64,000 bases of DNA from Candidatus Acetothermia bacterium. GTDB taxonomy: Bacteria; Bipolaricaulota; Bipolaricaulia; RBG-16-55-9; DRXL01. The first letter of the stretch is position 1. The number at the start of each line of letters is the position of its first letter. A program made the position numbers and the translations under genes. The stretch lies in assembly GCA_022683945.1 (NCBI GenBank), contig JAJHSH010000051.1, forward strand, positions 1,238 through 65,237, written 5' to 3'. Below the pieces are notes generated by a model that was not told the origin of the DNA, searched no databases, and worked only from the letters and a program-made list of their open reading frames with translations. Below, piece by piece: positions 22,682-32,007 of this stretch.

Positions 22682-23128
22682 TTACGCATCCGAGATCTGC
22701 GAACAGCGTCGCGAGCGACGATGCTTGAGAAAGGCGCTGAGGGCTTGGGGGTGTTCTTGAAAGAAGCTCACAAGATCTCGAAAGCACGCCAGCGTCTCGG
22801 GACTGACATGGTGTTCGACGCCCTCCACGTCACGCGCTATGGAGCGTTCGCCGACTCCGAGCATCTTCAGGAGCTCTTCGAGTTTGCGATGTCGGCTCTT
22901 GACCGACTTGGCGATGGCTTCGCCCCGTGGCGTCAGCGTGATCCCACGATACTTTTCGTAATTAACCAGAGATTCGGTCCCGAGCTTTTGCAGCATCTTG
23001 GTCACGGAAGAAGAGCGCACTTGCAACGACGAAGCAATATCTATGACGCGTGCATAGCCCTTCTCTTGAATCAGCTCGTAGATGCGCTCCAGATAGTCTT
23101 CCGCGCTTGGTGTGGGCACTCTCCCCAC
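22682..23128 (-). CDS. mntR: manganese-responsive DtxR-family transcriptional regulator
   Basis: Aligns along its length with Bacillus subtilis MntR (PTPSAEDYLERIYELIQEKGYARVIDIASSL...VEGVEHH...). Start is one of two GTGs, at 23128 or 23119. Confidence 0.85.
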   Translation of the reverse strand: MGRVPTPSAEDYLERIYELIQEKGYARVIDIASSLQVRSSSVTKMLQKLGTESLVNYEKYRGITLTPRGEAIAKSVKSRHRKLEELLKMLGVGERSIARDVEGVEHHVSPETLACFRDLVSFFQEHPQALSAFLKHRRSRRCSQISDA

Positions 23129-23146
23129 TCTCCTTCTAAGATTTTA

Positions 23147-23560
23147 TCATCGTTTGAGCACGATGAAGCGCCCGTACATCGAAGTCTGATGATTGCGACA
23201 ATAATACGTAAAGTCGCCGGTGCGGGAGGCCGTGAACTCGACCGTTGTCTCTTCCGTCGGACGAATGGACTGTTTGGCGCGGGCTTCGGGGTAGTTGCTG
23301 ACGGCAAAATCGTGAATAATCAGCGTCGTCTCGCGATTGCGTATGGTGATCTTCACTTTGTCGCCGGCATAGACGATAATATCCGGGTTTTCGATCCCCT
23401 TGATCGAATCGGGCTTCTCCCCTATAAAGCGCATATTGCTGGTGATCAGCACGATCTCGCGCGAGGCTCCCGGCGGCAGATCCGTGATCGCCGGCGTACA
23501 GCCAACGGTGAAGATACCGACGCTCAGCAGAGAGAATACCAGCCAATTCCATCGGTGCAT
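23147..23560 (-). CDS. cupredoxin-domain lipoprotein (type-1 copper site-like)
   Basis: Lipoprotein signal with lipobox TVGC. Candidate copper ligands H (LIIHDF), C-x2-H-x3-M (YYCRNHQTSM). Confidence 0.65.
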   Translation of the reverse strand: MHRWNWLVFSLLSVGIFTVGCTPAITDLPPGASREIVLITSNMRFIGEKPDSIKGIENPDIIVYAGDKVKITIRNRETTLIIHDFAVSNYPEARAKQSIRPTEETTVEFTASRTGDFTYYCRNHQTSMYGRFIVLKR

Positions 23561-23629
23561 TGTTTCTAGTCCTCCTTAGCTTTATAAACAAGGGGAGCAT
23601 AGCAAACTTCGTCTGAGAAGGCAAATCTC

Positions 23630-25162
23630 TCAGCGCGCGGCGACGACAGAGATCGCCTTGGCCCAGTGCGTGGGAATCGCCTGAACACGACCATCAACTT
23701 GCAGATGGATTTGGTTCTCTGTATGCGCTAGAACGAGCACCGACTGGCCGGGTGCCAGGCCGCGCGCTAGGAGCGCAGATAAAATCTCTTCGGGTTCGTC
23801 TTCGATATGCGCGATCATCGCTGGAGTCTTCAGCGGCCAGGCTTCGAGGGGCTGGCCGGGGTCAACGGAGATGCGGCCTTCGCTGGTGGGAATGGGGTCG
23901 CCGTGCGGATCACGAACTGGGTGGCCCAATTGACGCTCGAGCTGCTCGGCTATTTCCGCCGGTTGAACGTGCTCCAGCCGATGGGCCTCAGCATGGACAG
24001 TCTCTAAAGGGAGCGCTGCTTCGTCTGCTAAGTAGCGCTCCCACAGACGATGCGAACGAATTAATTTTAGAGCTTCTTCTCGTCCCTGAGAAGTCATCTC
24101 CAGATTTTTATTCTCTCTAGAGAGTTGCACCCAACCGCGTCTGACCAAAGTGCGAAGGCCGTGACGCGTATGAGTCATGGGCTGACTGAGCGCTTGAGCT
24201 ATTACTGCTGCTGTAGTTTCGGCTTTGCGTTCGGTCAGTTCGTATATTTTCTTGAGAATATCTTGCATCTGCGTCAGATGCTGATGGCGCCTTCGTTGCC
24301 ACGCGCGCGCCAGCACGCCGTGATGCGGCGCCAAGAAAAAAGCGACTATAAAGAGCAGCCCCGCGACGAGCACAATCGAAGCGCCCGAAGAGAGATTGGC
24401 ATGAAACGAGAGATAGAGTCCAATAATGCTCGCCGTAATGCCCACCAGAGCGGCCGTAAGCATCATCGTTGGAAGACGATGCGTCAGCAAGAAGGCCGTC
24501 GCCCCGGGGATGATCAGCATGGCCACTGCCAAGACGACTCCCACAGTCTGCAAGCTCGCCACGATCGTCAGCGAGAGCAGGAGCATCATCAGATAGTGCA
24601 ACAATCCCGTAGGCAGCCCAATAGCGGCGGCCATCGTCGGATCGAACGAGTGCAAGAGCAGCTCTTTGTAAAGCAAGCCGATCGTGATCAAGACCAGCAC
24701 CCCGGCTATGAATATTGTTAAAAGATCGTTGTTAGAGACTCCCAACACATTGCCGAAGAGAATGTGAAAGAGATCTACGTGTACGGCGCCTTCCTGAGCC
24801 TTTCTACGCATCGCATCGCTGCTGAGCAAGAGCAGGCCCAAGGCGAAGGCGGTGGTGAACATCACGCCCATGGCCGTGTCTTCTTTCACTTTGCTTCGGC
24901 GCGTAATAAAACCGATCCCCAGAGCCGTCAGGACGCCGGTGCCCACCGCTCCCCAGAAGAAGGGGAATCCCGCTAACCAAGCAATCGCCACGCCGGGCAG
25001 AACCGCATGAGCAATAGCATCCCCCAGCAGCGCCAGACGGCGCACGATAATATAACAACCGACGACCGAGCTGATCGTGCCCACCAAGAGAGCTGCGAAC
25101 AATGCCCGCTGCATGAATGCATAACTCAGTGGTTCGATAAAGATCCGATCGAAGAGTTCCAT
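23630..25162 (-). CDS. metal (Mn/Zn) ABC transporter permease fused to a C-terminal full-length DtxR-like repressor module (HTH + dimerisation + SH3/FeoA-like)
   Basis: The first ~290 aa are a TroC/ZnuB/MntB-type permease (8 TM helices). They are followed by a winged HTH (KKIYELTERKAETTAAVIAQAL), a DtxR metal-binding/dimerisation region (RLWERYL...DPHGDPIP) and an SH3-like tail. Confidence 0.8.
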   Translation of the reverse strand: MELFDRIFIEPLSYAFMQRALFAALLVGTISSVVGCYIIVRRLALLGDAIAHAVLPGVAIAWLAGFPFFWGAVGTGVLTALGIGFITRRSKVKEDTAMGVMFTTAFALGLLLLSSDAMRRKAQEGAVHVDLFHILFGNVLGVSNNDLLTIFIAGVLVLITIGLLYKELLLHSFDPTMAAAIGLPTGLLHYLMMLLLSLTIVASLQTVGVVLAVAMLIIPGATAFLLTHRLPTMMLTAALVGITASIIGLYLSFHANLSSGASIVLVAGLLFIVAFFLAPHHGVLARAWQRRRHQHLTQMQDILKKIYELTERKAETTAAVIAQALSQPMTHTRHGLRTLVRRGWVQLSRENKNLEMTSQGREEALKLIRSHRLWERYLADEAALPLETVHAEAHRLEHVQPAEIAEQLERQLGHPVRDPHGDPIPTSEGRISVDPGQPLEAWPLKTPAMIAHIEDEPEEILSALLARGLAPGQSVLVLAHTENQIHLQVDGRVQAIPTHWAKAISVVAAR

Positions 25163-25172
25163 AAGTTCTTAC

Positions 25173-25925
25173 CTAGCGCAAGGCAATCAACCGGTCTGCT
25201 TCTTGCAGCAGCGTCAGCCGTCCGCGGTAGGCCCGCTGCAGGAGATCCGGTTTGAAGACTTCATCTACTGTTCCGTAGGCGACCAGTTGCCCGTTGAGCA
25301 GGACTAGACTGTCAAAGTGCCGGGCCGTGCTGAGATCGTGATTGACGACCAGCACGAGTTTGCCCTTATTTTTTAACGCGCGCAGGATCTCAAAGATCTT
25401 CTGCTCCGTGGCCGCGTCCACCCCGATAAAGGGCTCGTCGAGCATATAAATATCCGCATCTTGGCTGAGCGCGCGGGCGAGAAAGACTCGCTGTTGCTGA
25501 CCTCCGGAGAGCTGGCCAATCTGACGCTTTGCCAAGGGGGTCATCTCGACTTGATCGAGGGCTTGGGCGGCGCGCTCGCGGTCGGCACGCGCAGGGCGGT
25601 GCAGCCAGCCCAAATGAGCGTAGCGCCCCATCAGCACGACATCTTCGACCAAGACGGGGAAATCCCAGTCTACCGATTCTCTCTGGGGGATATAAGCGAC
25701 ACGGCGGCGCGCCGCGCTCACGCTCTGCGAGAAGAGCTTAATGCGTCCGCCGTCTCTGGGCACCAGCCCCAAAGTCGCCTTGAGCAATGTAGACTTCCCC
25801 GCGCCGTTGGGCCCGAAGATCCCCACCATCCGGCCCGGCTCGATCTTTACGGTGACATTGCGCAGGACGCGATTCGCCCCGTAAGAGACCGAGAGATTTT
25901 CAATCTCAATGGCTGCTTGGCTCAT
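25173..25925 (-). CDS. metal ABC transporter ATP-binding protein (ZnuC/MntB family)
   Basis: Walker A GPNGAGKST, signature LSGGQQQR, Walker B IYMLDEP. Confidence 0.9.
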   Translation of the reverse strand: MSQAAIEIENLSVSYGANRVLRNVTVKIEPGRMVGIFGPNGAGKSTLLKATLGLVPRDGGRIKLFSQSVSAARRRVAYIPQRESVDWDFPVLVEDVVLMGRYAHLGWLHRPARADRERAAQALDQVEMTPLAKRQIGQLSGGQQQRVFLARALSQDADIYMLDEPFIGVDAATEQKIFEILRALKNKGKLVLVVNHDLSTARHFDSLVLLNGQLVAYGTVDEVFKPDLLQRAYRGRLTLLQEADRLIALR

Positions 25926-25928
25926 AGT

Positions 25929-26865
25929 TCACTCCGTAAAATCGCTAGGGTGCCCGCCCAAAGCCTCAGTGATGGTCTTCACGTTGTGTACCATCATCTT
26001 GATATAAGTATCGCCTGCACTGCCCGGAGGGCCGAGCGAGTCCGAATAGAGCGTCCCGCCGATCTTGACGCCCGTATCTTGGGCAATCTGCATGAGAAAC
26101 CTGGGATTGACGGTGGTCTCTACAAAGACCGCCGGGATGCGCGTACGCTTCAGATCGTCCACCAAGCGCGCGATCTTCTCTGCCGAAGGATCTTCATCCG
26201 TAGCAATACCCCAGATGGCTCCTAAGAATTCCAACCCGTAACGCTCGCACAGATAGCGAAAGGCATCGTGAGCCGTAACCAGTTTCCGATTTTCAACGGG
26301 CACCGTTTGTATCTGCTCCAAGACCCAGCGATGGAGTTTCGCCAATTGCGCTTTGTAACGTTCAGCGTTTTGTGAAAAGATCTCTTTTCCCTCAGGATCG
26401 AGCTCGCTCAGCCCACGGGCAATCTCATCAACATAGCGCATCGCATACTCCACGTTGTTCCAGAGATGAGGATCCGGGCGGCCCGCATAAGATCCCGCCC
26501 TTTCGACAAAGGCCACCGCCCGCAAGGGTTCAGCCAAGTAAATCAGAGGGCGCTGACCGCCGGCATTCTGTATCAGTTCTTCGAGCCAGAGCTCGATCCC
26601 CAATCCGTTGGCGAAGACGAGTTGCGCGCGCGTGATCTTCTTCACGTCATCGGGCCTGGGTTCGTAGGTATGAGGGTCGATCCCTACGGGCAGAAGCGTC
26701 TCAACTTCGATGCGTTCGCCTCCCACGACGCTCACCATGTCACCGATAATAGTCATCGTCGCCAGCACAGTGGGCCTGGTGATCGTTTGAGCCTTGTCGT
26801 TTGTACATCCTGCGAGCGTGGCTGCGCAAACGACAGCCAAGAGCAAGTGTCGAGCTATCTTCAAC
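25929..26865 (-). CDS. metal ABC transporter substrate-binding lipoprotein (TroA/ZnuA/MntA cluster 9)
   Basis: Lipoprotein signal MLKIARHLLLAVVCAATLAGC. TroA-like fold. ATG at 26865 with SD GGAGA; the longer track ORF to 26957 would overlap the upstream gene. Confidence 0.85.
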
Positions 26866-26883
26866 ATATCATTTCTCCTTCCG

Positions 26884-27900
26884 CTACGGCAATAGCACAT
26901 TGACATTGCTCGCGTCAGTCGTGACGTAGGCCAAGCGACCGTCGGGAGTGAGCTCAATCTTCCGAGGCCCCTTGACCACGGAAATGTTTGTCAAGACCCG
27001 GCGGCTGGCGACTTCAACGACGCTGAGCTCACTGCTGAGCAGATTGGTCACATAGGCGAGGCGACCATCGGGGCTGAAGGCCACCCCATAAGGTCCTCTG
27101 CTCCTGCCTCCCTCTGTCATATCAATGGTCGCTATGAGCTTATTGCTCGCGAGCTCGATGACGCCGACGTTGCCGCCAAGATTGGCTACATAAGCGAATC
27201 GGCCATCGGGCGTGATCTCGATGTGCTCCGGCCCTGCACCGCCTGCGGGAACTGTCGCGATGACTTTGTTACTCCCTAGATCAACGACGCTGACATCGGC
27301 ACTCCCATTGTTCGCCACGTAAGCGAACCGGCCATCGGGAGTGAGCGCTAGACTTTCTGGCTTTGGGCCTACGGGGATGTCGGCCACGACTTTTCGGGTG
27401 TCGAGCACGATGACGCTGATGCTATTGCCCTCTGCATTGGCAGTGAAGAGAAATCTGGCTGTAGCTACAGCCCCATAGGGCCCTTTGTTGCTCGATGGGA
27501 TCGTGTCGATGACGCGCTGAGTCGCGATCTCAATCACAGTGATCGTATGATCCGACCGGTTGGTGGCGTAAGCAAAGCGACCGTTGGGGTCAATGGCAAC
27601 ATCATGAGGTCTCTTGCCTACGAGGATGTGAGCTATGACTTTATTGCTGAGGACTTTGTCTTTGGAGATTTCGATGACGCTGACGCTGTCGTCGCCGACA
27701 TTGGCTGTGTAGACAAAGCGACCGTCAGGTGTGATGGCCAAGCCTCTGGGGGCCGCTTTCCCCGCCTCCCGTCCCACCGGGATAGTCGTGACGACGAACT
27801 GGGCCGTGGCCAACAAGCTTGCTAAGACTAAAATCAAGACACCACTGAACAGCGCGGCACGCGGGCTCCTTCCTGTTGCTTTCCGCAACTTGTTGATCAT
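26884..27900 (-). CDS. secreted YVTN-repeat beta-propeller protein
   Basis: Seven or so ~40-aa repeats of the form ...TPDGRFAYVAN...VSVID.... N-terminal signal peptide. Ends 18 nt before the binding-protein start. Confidence 0.8.
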   Translation of the reverse strand: MINKLRKATGRSPRAALFSGVLILVLASLLATAQFVVTTIPVGREAGKAAPRGLAITPDGRFVYTANVGDDSVSVIEISKDKVLSNKVIAHILVGKRPHDVAIDPNGRFAYATNRSDHTITVIEIATQRVIDTIPSSNKGPYGAVATARFLFTANAEGNSISVIVLDTRKVVADIPVGPKPESLALTPDGRFAYVANNGSADVSVVDLGSNKVIATVPAGGAGPEHIEITPDGRFAYVANLGGNVGVIELASNKLIATIDMTEGGRSRGPYGVAFSPDGRLAYVTNLLSSELSVVEVASRRVLTNISVVKGPRKIELTPDGRLAYVTTDASNVNVLLP

Positions 27901-27913
27901 GTCATTCCTCCTC

Positions 27914-27964
27914 AGAATATTAGCTAATACTAAAACTATTTCTTATTACTAATATTCTTAGCTA
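27914..27964. promoter_or_regulatory. AT-rich inverted-repeat operator candidate in the leader of the metal-uptake operon
   Basis: GAATATTAG (27915-27923) and CTAATATTC (27949-27957) form a perfect 9-bp inverted repeat, with flanking TAGCTA palindromes. Sits between the TSS and the SD. Confidence 0.4.
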
Positions 27965-27966
27965 TG

Positions 27967-27995
27967 AGCATATCAGAAGGGGCTTCGTTTGTCAA
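27967..27995 (-). promoter_or_regulatory. sigma70-like promoter (TTGACA-17-TATGCT) for the YVTN / metal-uptake operon
   Basis: Minus-strand reading TTGACA aacgaagccccttctga TATGCT, about 65 nt upstream of the YVTN ATG. Confidence 0.5.
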
Positions 27996-28059
27996 GGGCT
28001 TTTCGTCTAAAAGGTGAAAGAGGCGTGTCTCTTGAGAAGAGCGGCGCGGACGAACGAGA

Positions 28060-29202
28060 CTAGAAGTCCATTCTGATCGGCATACAGACGTACAAGAAGC
28101 CCTGATCGGCTTCGGTCTCGCCGGGCTCCAAGAGCCCCGCGCTCTCGGCGTCGGCCAACCAGAGTCTCACTTCGTCGCTCTGCAGACGCTTCAGGGCGTC
28201 AATCAGATACTCCGCACGAAAACTGATCTTCATCGCCTGGGCTTTCTTCTTAAGTTCTAAAATCTCTTGGGCTTCTCCCTTCTCGGCTGCTTGCGAGCTG
28301 ATTTTTAGCTTGCCGTCCTCTATGTTCAGGATCACGGCGTCGGACTCTTCGGCCGCGGTGATCTGCACGCGCTGCAGCGCTTCTAGAAAACTCTTGCGCT
28401 CCAGAATCAGCCCGATAGAATTCTCCCGCGGGATGACCTTCTCAAAGTCCGGATAGGCCTCTTCGATGAGTCGGCCTACAAAAACAACCGAGCCCATCTT
28501 AAAGAAGAGATAATTTTCCGACTGATAGACTTCGACCTGTTCGGTCTCGATTTGCGCCAAGATGCCCGCGAGGTCGCGCAGCGAATCCGCCGCTACGAGA
28601 AACTCTCCTTCGGCTTCAGCTTTCTTAGCTAATTCTTCCGTCTTGCACGCCAGACGGTAACCGTTGGTCGCCACGACCTTTAAGGTCTTCTCGGCCAAGA
28701 CCCAATTCACGCCCGTGAGGCTCAGTCGTGATGTCTCTTTGGCCGAAAGAGCTGCAAAAGTGACCAGCTCCAGACTGCGCGCCAATGGCTTGCTCTCCAA
28801 GAGACAGAGGCGTTTACTAGGAAGATGGGGAAGCTCCGGATAATCTTCCAGGGGCAGGCGAAAGAGATCGAAGACCGCACTGCCACAAGTGATCTCTACT
28901 TTCCCGGTGCCCTCAATGGTCTTAAAATGGAGGGTTTCCGCGGGCAGGTTCTGCGCGATCTTCGACAGCAACTCGCCGTTGAGCACCAACGCCTCACCGC
29001 GAGGGTCATCGCCGCCGCGGTTCTCTATGGGCACCGAGCACCAGATAGCGCGCTCTAAATCCGTTGCGGCAAAGGTCAACTGATTCTTCTTGGTTTCGAG
29101 TTTTAAACCCGCCAAGATCGGCATACTCGTCGCACGGCCCAACGCCCGTCCGGCCACCTTCACCCCGGAGAGAAATTCATCGCGTCCACAAGAGAATTCC
29201 AC
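28060..29202 (-). CDS. dnaN: DNA polymerase III beta subunit (sliding clamp)
   Basis: 380 aa, three-domain clamp. N-terminus MEFSCGRDEFLSGVKVAGRAL... Confidence 0.9.
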   Translation of the reverse strand: MEFSCGRDEFLSGVKVAGRALGRATSMPILAGLKLETKKNQLTFAATDLERAIWCSVPIENRGGDDPRGEALVLNGELLSKIAQNLPAETLHFKTIEGTGKVEITCGSAVFDLFRLPLEDYPELPHLPSKRLCLLESKPLARSLELVTFAALSAKETSRLSLTGVNWVLAEKTLKVVATNGYRLACKTEELAKKAEAEGEFLVAADSLRDLAGILAQIETEQVEVYQSENYLFFKMGSVVFVGRLIEEAYPDFEKVIPRENSIGLILERKSFLEALQRVQITAAEESDAVILNIEDGKLKISSQAAEKGEAQEILELKKKAQAMKISFRAEYLIDALKRLQSDEVRLWLADAESAGLLEPGETEADQGFLYVCMPIRMDF

Positions 29203-29214
29203 GTCTTCCTCCTT

Positions 29215-29826
29215 TCACGATTGTGCCGACACAAACGGTCGTATATAGCTCCACACTTCTTCACTCAGCGTAGAGATCTCTTTCATACCGTCGAGCCGGA
29301 TCCCCCTTGAAACTTTGGAGATCTCGGCCAAATACCCACAGCGCACGCGCTCATAGAAATCAACACCAGCGCCCTCGAGACGATCTTTCACTCTCCCTTT
29401 GCGTCGCAGCGCGACTTCGACAGGGACGTCTATCAGAAGAGTCATTTGGGGCGCAAGATCCCCTGTAGCTAATCGGTTGAGCTCGCGGACCAACTCCAAG
29501 CTGAGCCCGCGTCCATACCCCTGATAGGCTAAGCTCGAAAGCGCATAGCGGTCGGTCAAGACCCAGTGCCCAGAAGCAAGTGCAGGCTGGATAACCGTCT
29601 GGGTCAGTTCGCTGCGCGAGGCCTCATAGAGCAAGAGTTCTGTAAGCGGAGTCATCGCTAGCTCTTTTCTTAATAATAAGATCTTACGGATCTCTTCCCC
29701 CACGGGGGTGCCTCCCGGTTCCTGGACGATCACGGGATCAATCTTATATTGCTTGAGTCGCTTTGCCAGTGCGCGCAGTTGTGTGGACTTGCCACAGCCG
29801 TCGAGCCCCTCCAAAGCGATGAACAC
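29215..29826 (-). CDS. tmk: dTMP kinase
   Basis: MFIALEGLDGCGKSTQ P-loop, plus LID region. Confidence 0.9.
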   Translation of the reverse strand: MFIALEGLDGCGKSTQLRALAKRLKQYKIDPVIVQEPGGTPVGEEIRKILLLRKELAMTPLTELLLYEASRSELTQTVIQPALASGHWVLTDRYALSSLAYQGYGRGLSLELVRELNRLATGDLAPQMTLLIDVPVEVALRRKGRVKDRLEGAGVDFYERVRCGYLAEISKVSRGIRLDGMKEISTLSEEVWSYIRPFVSAQS

Positions 29827-29827
29827 G

Positions 29828-30277
29828 CTAGACCCCCTCGTGTTTGATGAGCGCCAGCAAGACCAAGCCCGTGCCGATCACAATGGCCGTGTCGGCAAGA
29901 TTAAAGACGGGCCAGACGCGAAAATCTAAAAAGTCAACCACCGCGCCGCGCTCTGGCAACCATCTATCTGTGAGATTTCCCAGCGCGCCCCCGGCGATCC
30001 CCGTGAGACCGACGGTCATAGCGGGCTGGCGCGGGCGATTCCAGAGAAGCACCATCAGTATCACCAAGCTCGCTCCGGCAGCCAAGATTGCAATCAGATC
30101 GCCGAATTCATGGAAAAGCCCGAAAGCCCCTCCGGTGTTGTACGTCAGCGTCAGATGAAAAATTCCGGAGAAGATGGCCAGCGAACGTCCCGGCTCCAAG
30201 TGTGTCAGAGCTATATATTTGCTGAGCTGATCCAGCGCCAGAACGCCGAGCACTCCTAATAATATCTTAATGCGCAT
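29828..30277 (-). CDS. lspA: lipoprotein signal peptidase II
   Basis: Conserved NTGGAFG and FNLAD motifs. Start ambiguous: ATG at 30277 (possibly leaderless, with TATACT just upstream) or TTG at 30313. Confidence 0.8.
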   Translation of the reverse strand: MRIKILLGVLGVLALDQLSKYIALTHLEPGRSLAIFSGIFHLTLTYNTGGAFGLFHEFGDLIAILAAGASLVILMVLLWNRPRQPAMTVGLTGIAGGALGNLTDRWLPERGAVVDFLDFRVWPVFNLADTAIVIGTGLVLLALIKHEGV

Positions 30278-30341
30278 TCGCGCTAGTATAGCGGGCTTTT
30301 TGGGAAAAAGCAATCTTCCGGGGCACGGCGCGCCCTGCCCC

Positions 30342-31544
30342 CTACAGACCCAAAGACTTGGCGATCGTCTCTTTCTGAATCTCGTCCGTGCCTTCTACAA
30401 TTCTTAACACCCGAGCCAACTTGAAGACCCTTTCGATGGGCAGCTCTTTCATCACGCCCATGCCCCCGTGTATCTGCACAGCCCGATCGGCCAAGCGATA
30501 GAGTATGTTCGTCGCGAAGTATTTGACCATAGCGCTCTCTTTGATGATCTGTTCGCCTTGGTCTGATCGCCAAGCACAGTTAAGCACCATCTGCTCACAT
30601 GCATAGAGCTCAGCCGCAGATTCGGCCAGCATCCCGCGAATGTGCTGATATTTCGCAATGGGCTTCCCAAAGGCCGTGCGCTGAGTCGCGTATTCTACAG
30701 ACTCTTTCAATAAGTACTCTCCCAAGCCGACGCACATCCCGGCGATGTTCAGTCTCCCAACACCGATCCAGCTCATGGCTACATAAAAGCCCATGTGCTC
30801 TTCGCCGATCAGATTCTCTTTGGGGATTTTACAGTTCTCAAAGATCAATTCGGCTTGGCCGCCGTCATCTAGAATGGAGCGGTTGATGCGGCCTACTTTA
30901 TAGCCGGGGGTCTGGCGATCAACAATAAAGGCCGTCACGCCGGAATAACCCGACTCTTTGTAGAGTTTGGGATCTGTTACGGCGAAGGCTTGGGCGAAGT
31001 CCGCGTGGGCCGCGTTGGTGATAAAAGTTTTCAGCCCGTTGAGAATATAATAATCGCCATGCTTTTCGGCTGTTGTTTTCAGATTTTTGATATCCGAGCC
31101 GGCTTCGGGTTCGGTGAGGGAAAAACACGTAGTCATCTCGCCCTTAACGAGCGGGTAGAGATATTTCTCTCTCTGAGTTTCGTTCAAGTGCAGGAGCATG
31201 GGGCTGGGGCCTTCGGGGCCGGCGAGCAGATAGGCATTCAAGCCCAGGCCATGACGCCAGACTTCTCGCTGGGCGAAGAAGAGCCCGACTCGGTTGACTC
31301 CGCCGCCGCCGGCTTCTTCGGGCATGTGCATCCCGTAGTAGCCCAACTCCCCCGAACGGCGCCGCGCTCTGTCTATGACGGCTTTCACTTCCGGGACAAG
31401 GCTGCCGTCCTCTTGGAGGCGCTTGCGCTCGTCTTCGAAATACTGGCGATATTGCTCTTCCAAAGGGCGAATCTCTCTCTCTATGAACGAGCGCAGCCCT
31501 TTGACGAGAAGACGCGTCTCTTCTGTAGGCGTAAAGTCAATCAT
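30342..31544 (-). CDS. acyl-CoA dehydrogenase
   Basis: 400 aa, ACAD three-domain fold. Catalytic-base region ...GGMGVMKELPIERVFKLARVLRIVEGTDEIQ. Confidence 0.9.
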   Translation of the reverse strand: MIDFTPTEETRLLVKGLRSFIEREIRPLEEQYRQYFEDERKRLQEDGSLVPEVKAVIDRARRRSGELGYYGMHMPEEAGGGGVNRVGLFFAQREVWRHGLGLNAYLLAGPEGPSPMLLHLNETQREKYLYPLVKGEMTTCFSLTEPEAGSDIKNLKTTAEKHGDYYILNGLKTFITNAAHADFAQAFAVTDPKLYKESGYSGVTAFIVDRQTPGYKVGRINRSILDDGGQAELIFENCKIPKENLIGEEHMGFYVAMSWIGVGRLNIAGMCVGLGEYLLKESVEYATQRTAFGKPIAKYQHIRGMLAESAAELYACEQMVLNCAWRSDQGEQIIKESAMVKYFATNILYRLADRAVQIHGGMGVMKELPIERVFKLARVLRIVEGTDEIQKETIAKSLGL

Positions 31545-31683
31545 GAATACAATGTCATTTTAGCGCATCTATGGTAGAAAGTCCATGCAGATAAAGGGGA
31601 TGCCCACGTGGTAGGACGAAGTCTTAAGTCCCCTGAGCGGCTTCTTGCACGTCTTGATAAAATGAGCTACCCTACACAGAGCA

Positions 31684-32007
31684 ATGAGAAAAGAGGTCAA
31701 GTTTAAGATCATGCTTACTCCTGAAGATCGCTACCGACATCATCATGTGAGAGTAAGGGGTGCCGTTACCAACTTCAAAGTTCAATATGAAACCCAAGTG
31801 GCCGGGCGGTGGCTTCCGGTGGTGCGCTACGATACACGCCACGGTTTTGCCCATCGCGACCTTCTAGATCAGCGGGGGAGATCTCGCAAGACACCGCTCT
31901 TCACTCAAGATTACAATGAAGCCTTGACGTTCGCGGAACACGATATCAAATCGAATTGGGAGAGCTATAAGAGGCGATTCCTCCAGGAGGGTGACTATGA
32001 GAGCTAA
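31684..32007 (+). CDS. hypothetical protein (member of a two-gene cassette)
   Basis: No family recognised. His/Arg-rich N-terminus. Alternative ATG at 31711. GC is lower than neighbouring DNA. The 3' end overlaps the next ORF by 17 nt. Confidence 0.45.
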   Translation: MRKEVKFKIMLTPEDRYRHHHVRVRGAVTNFKVQYETQVAGRWLPVVRYDTRHGFAHRDLLDQRGRSRKTPLFTQDYNEALTFAEHDIKSNWESYKRRFLQEGDYES

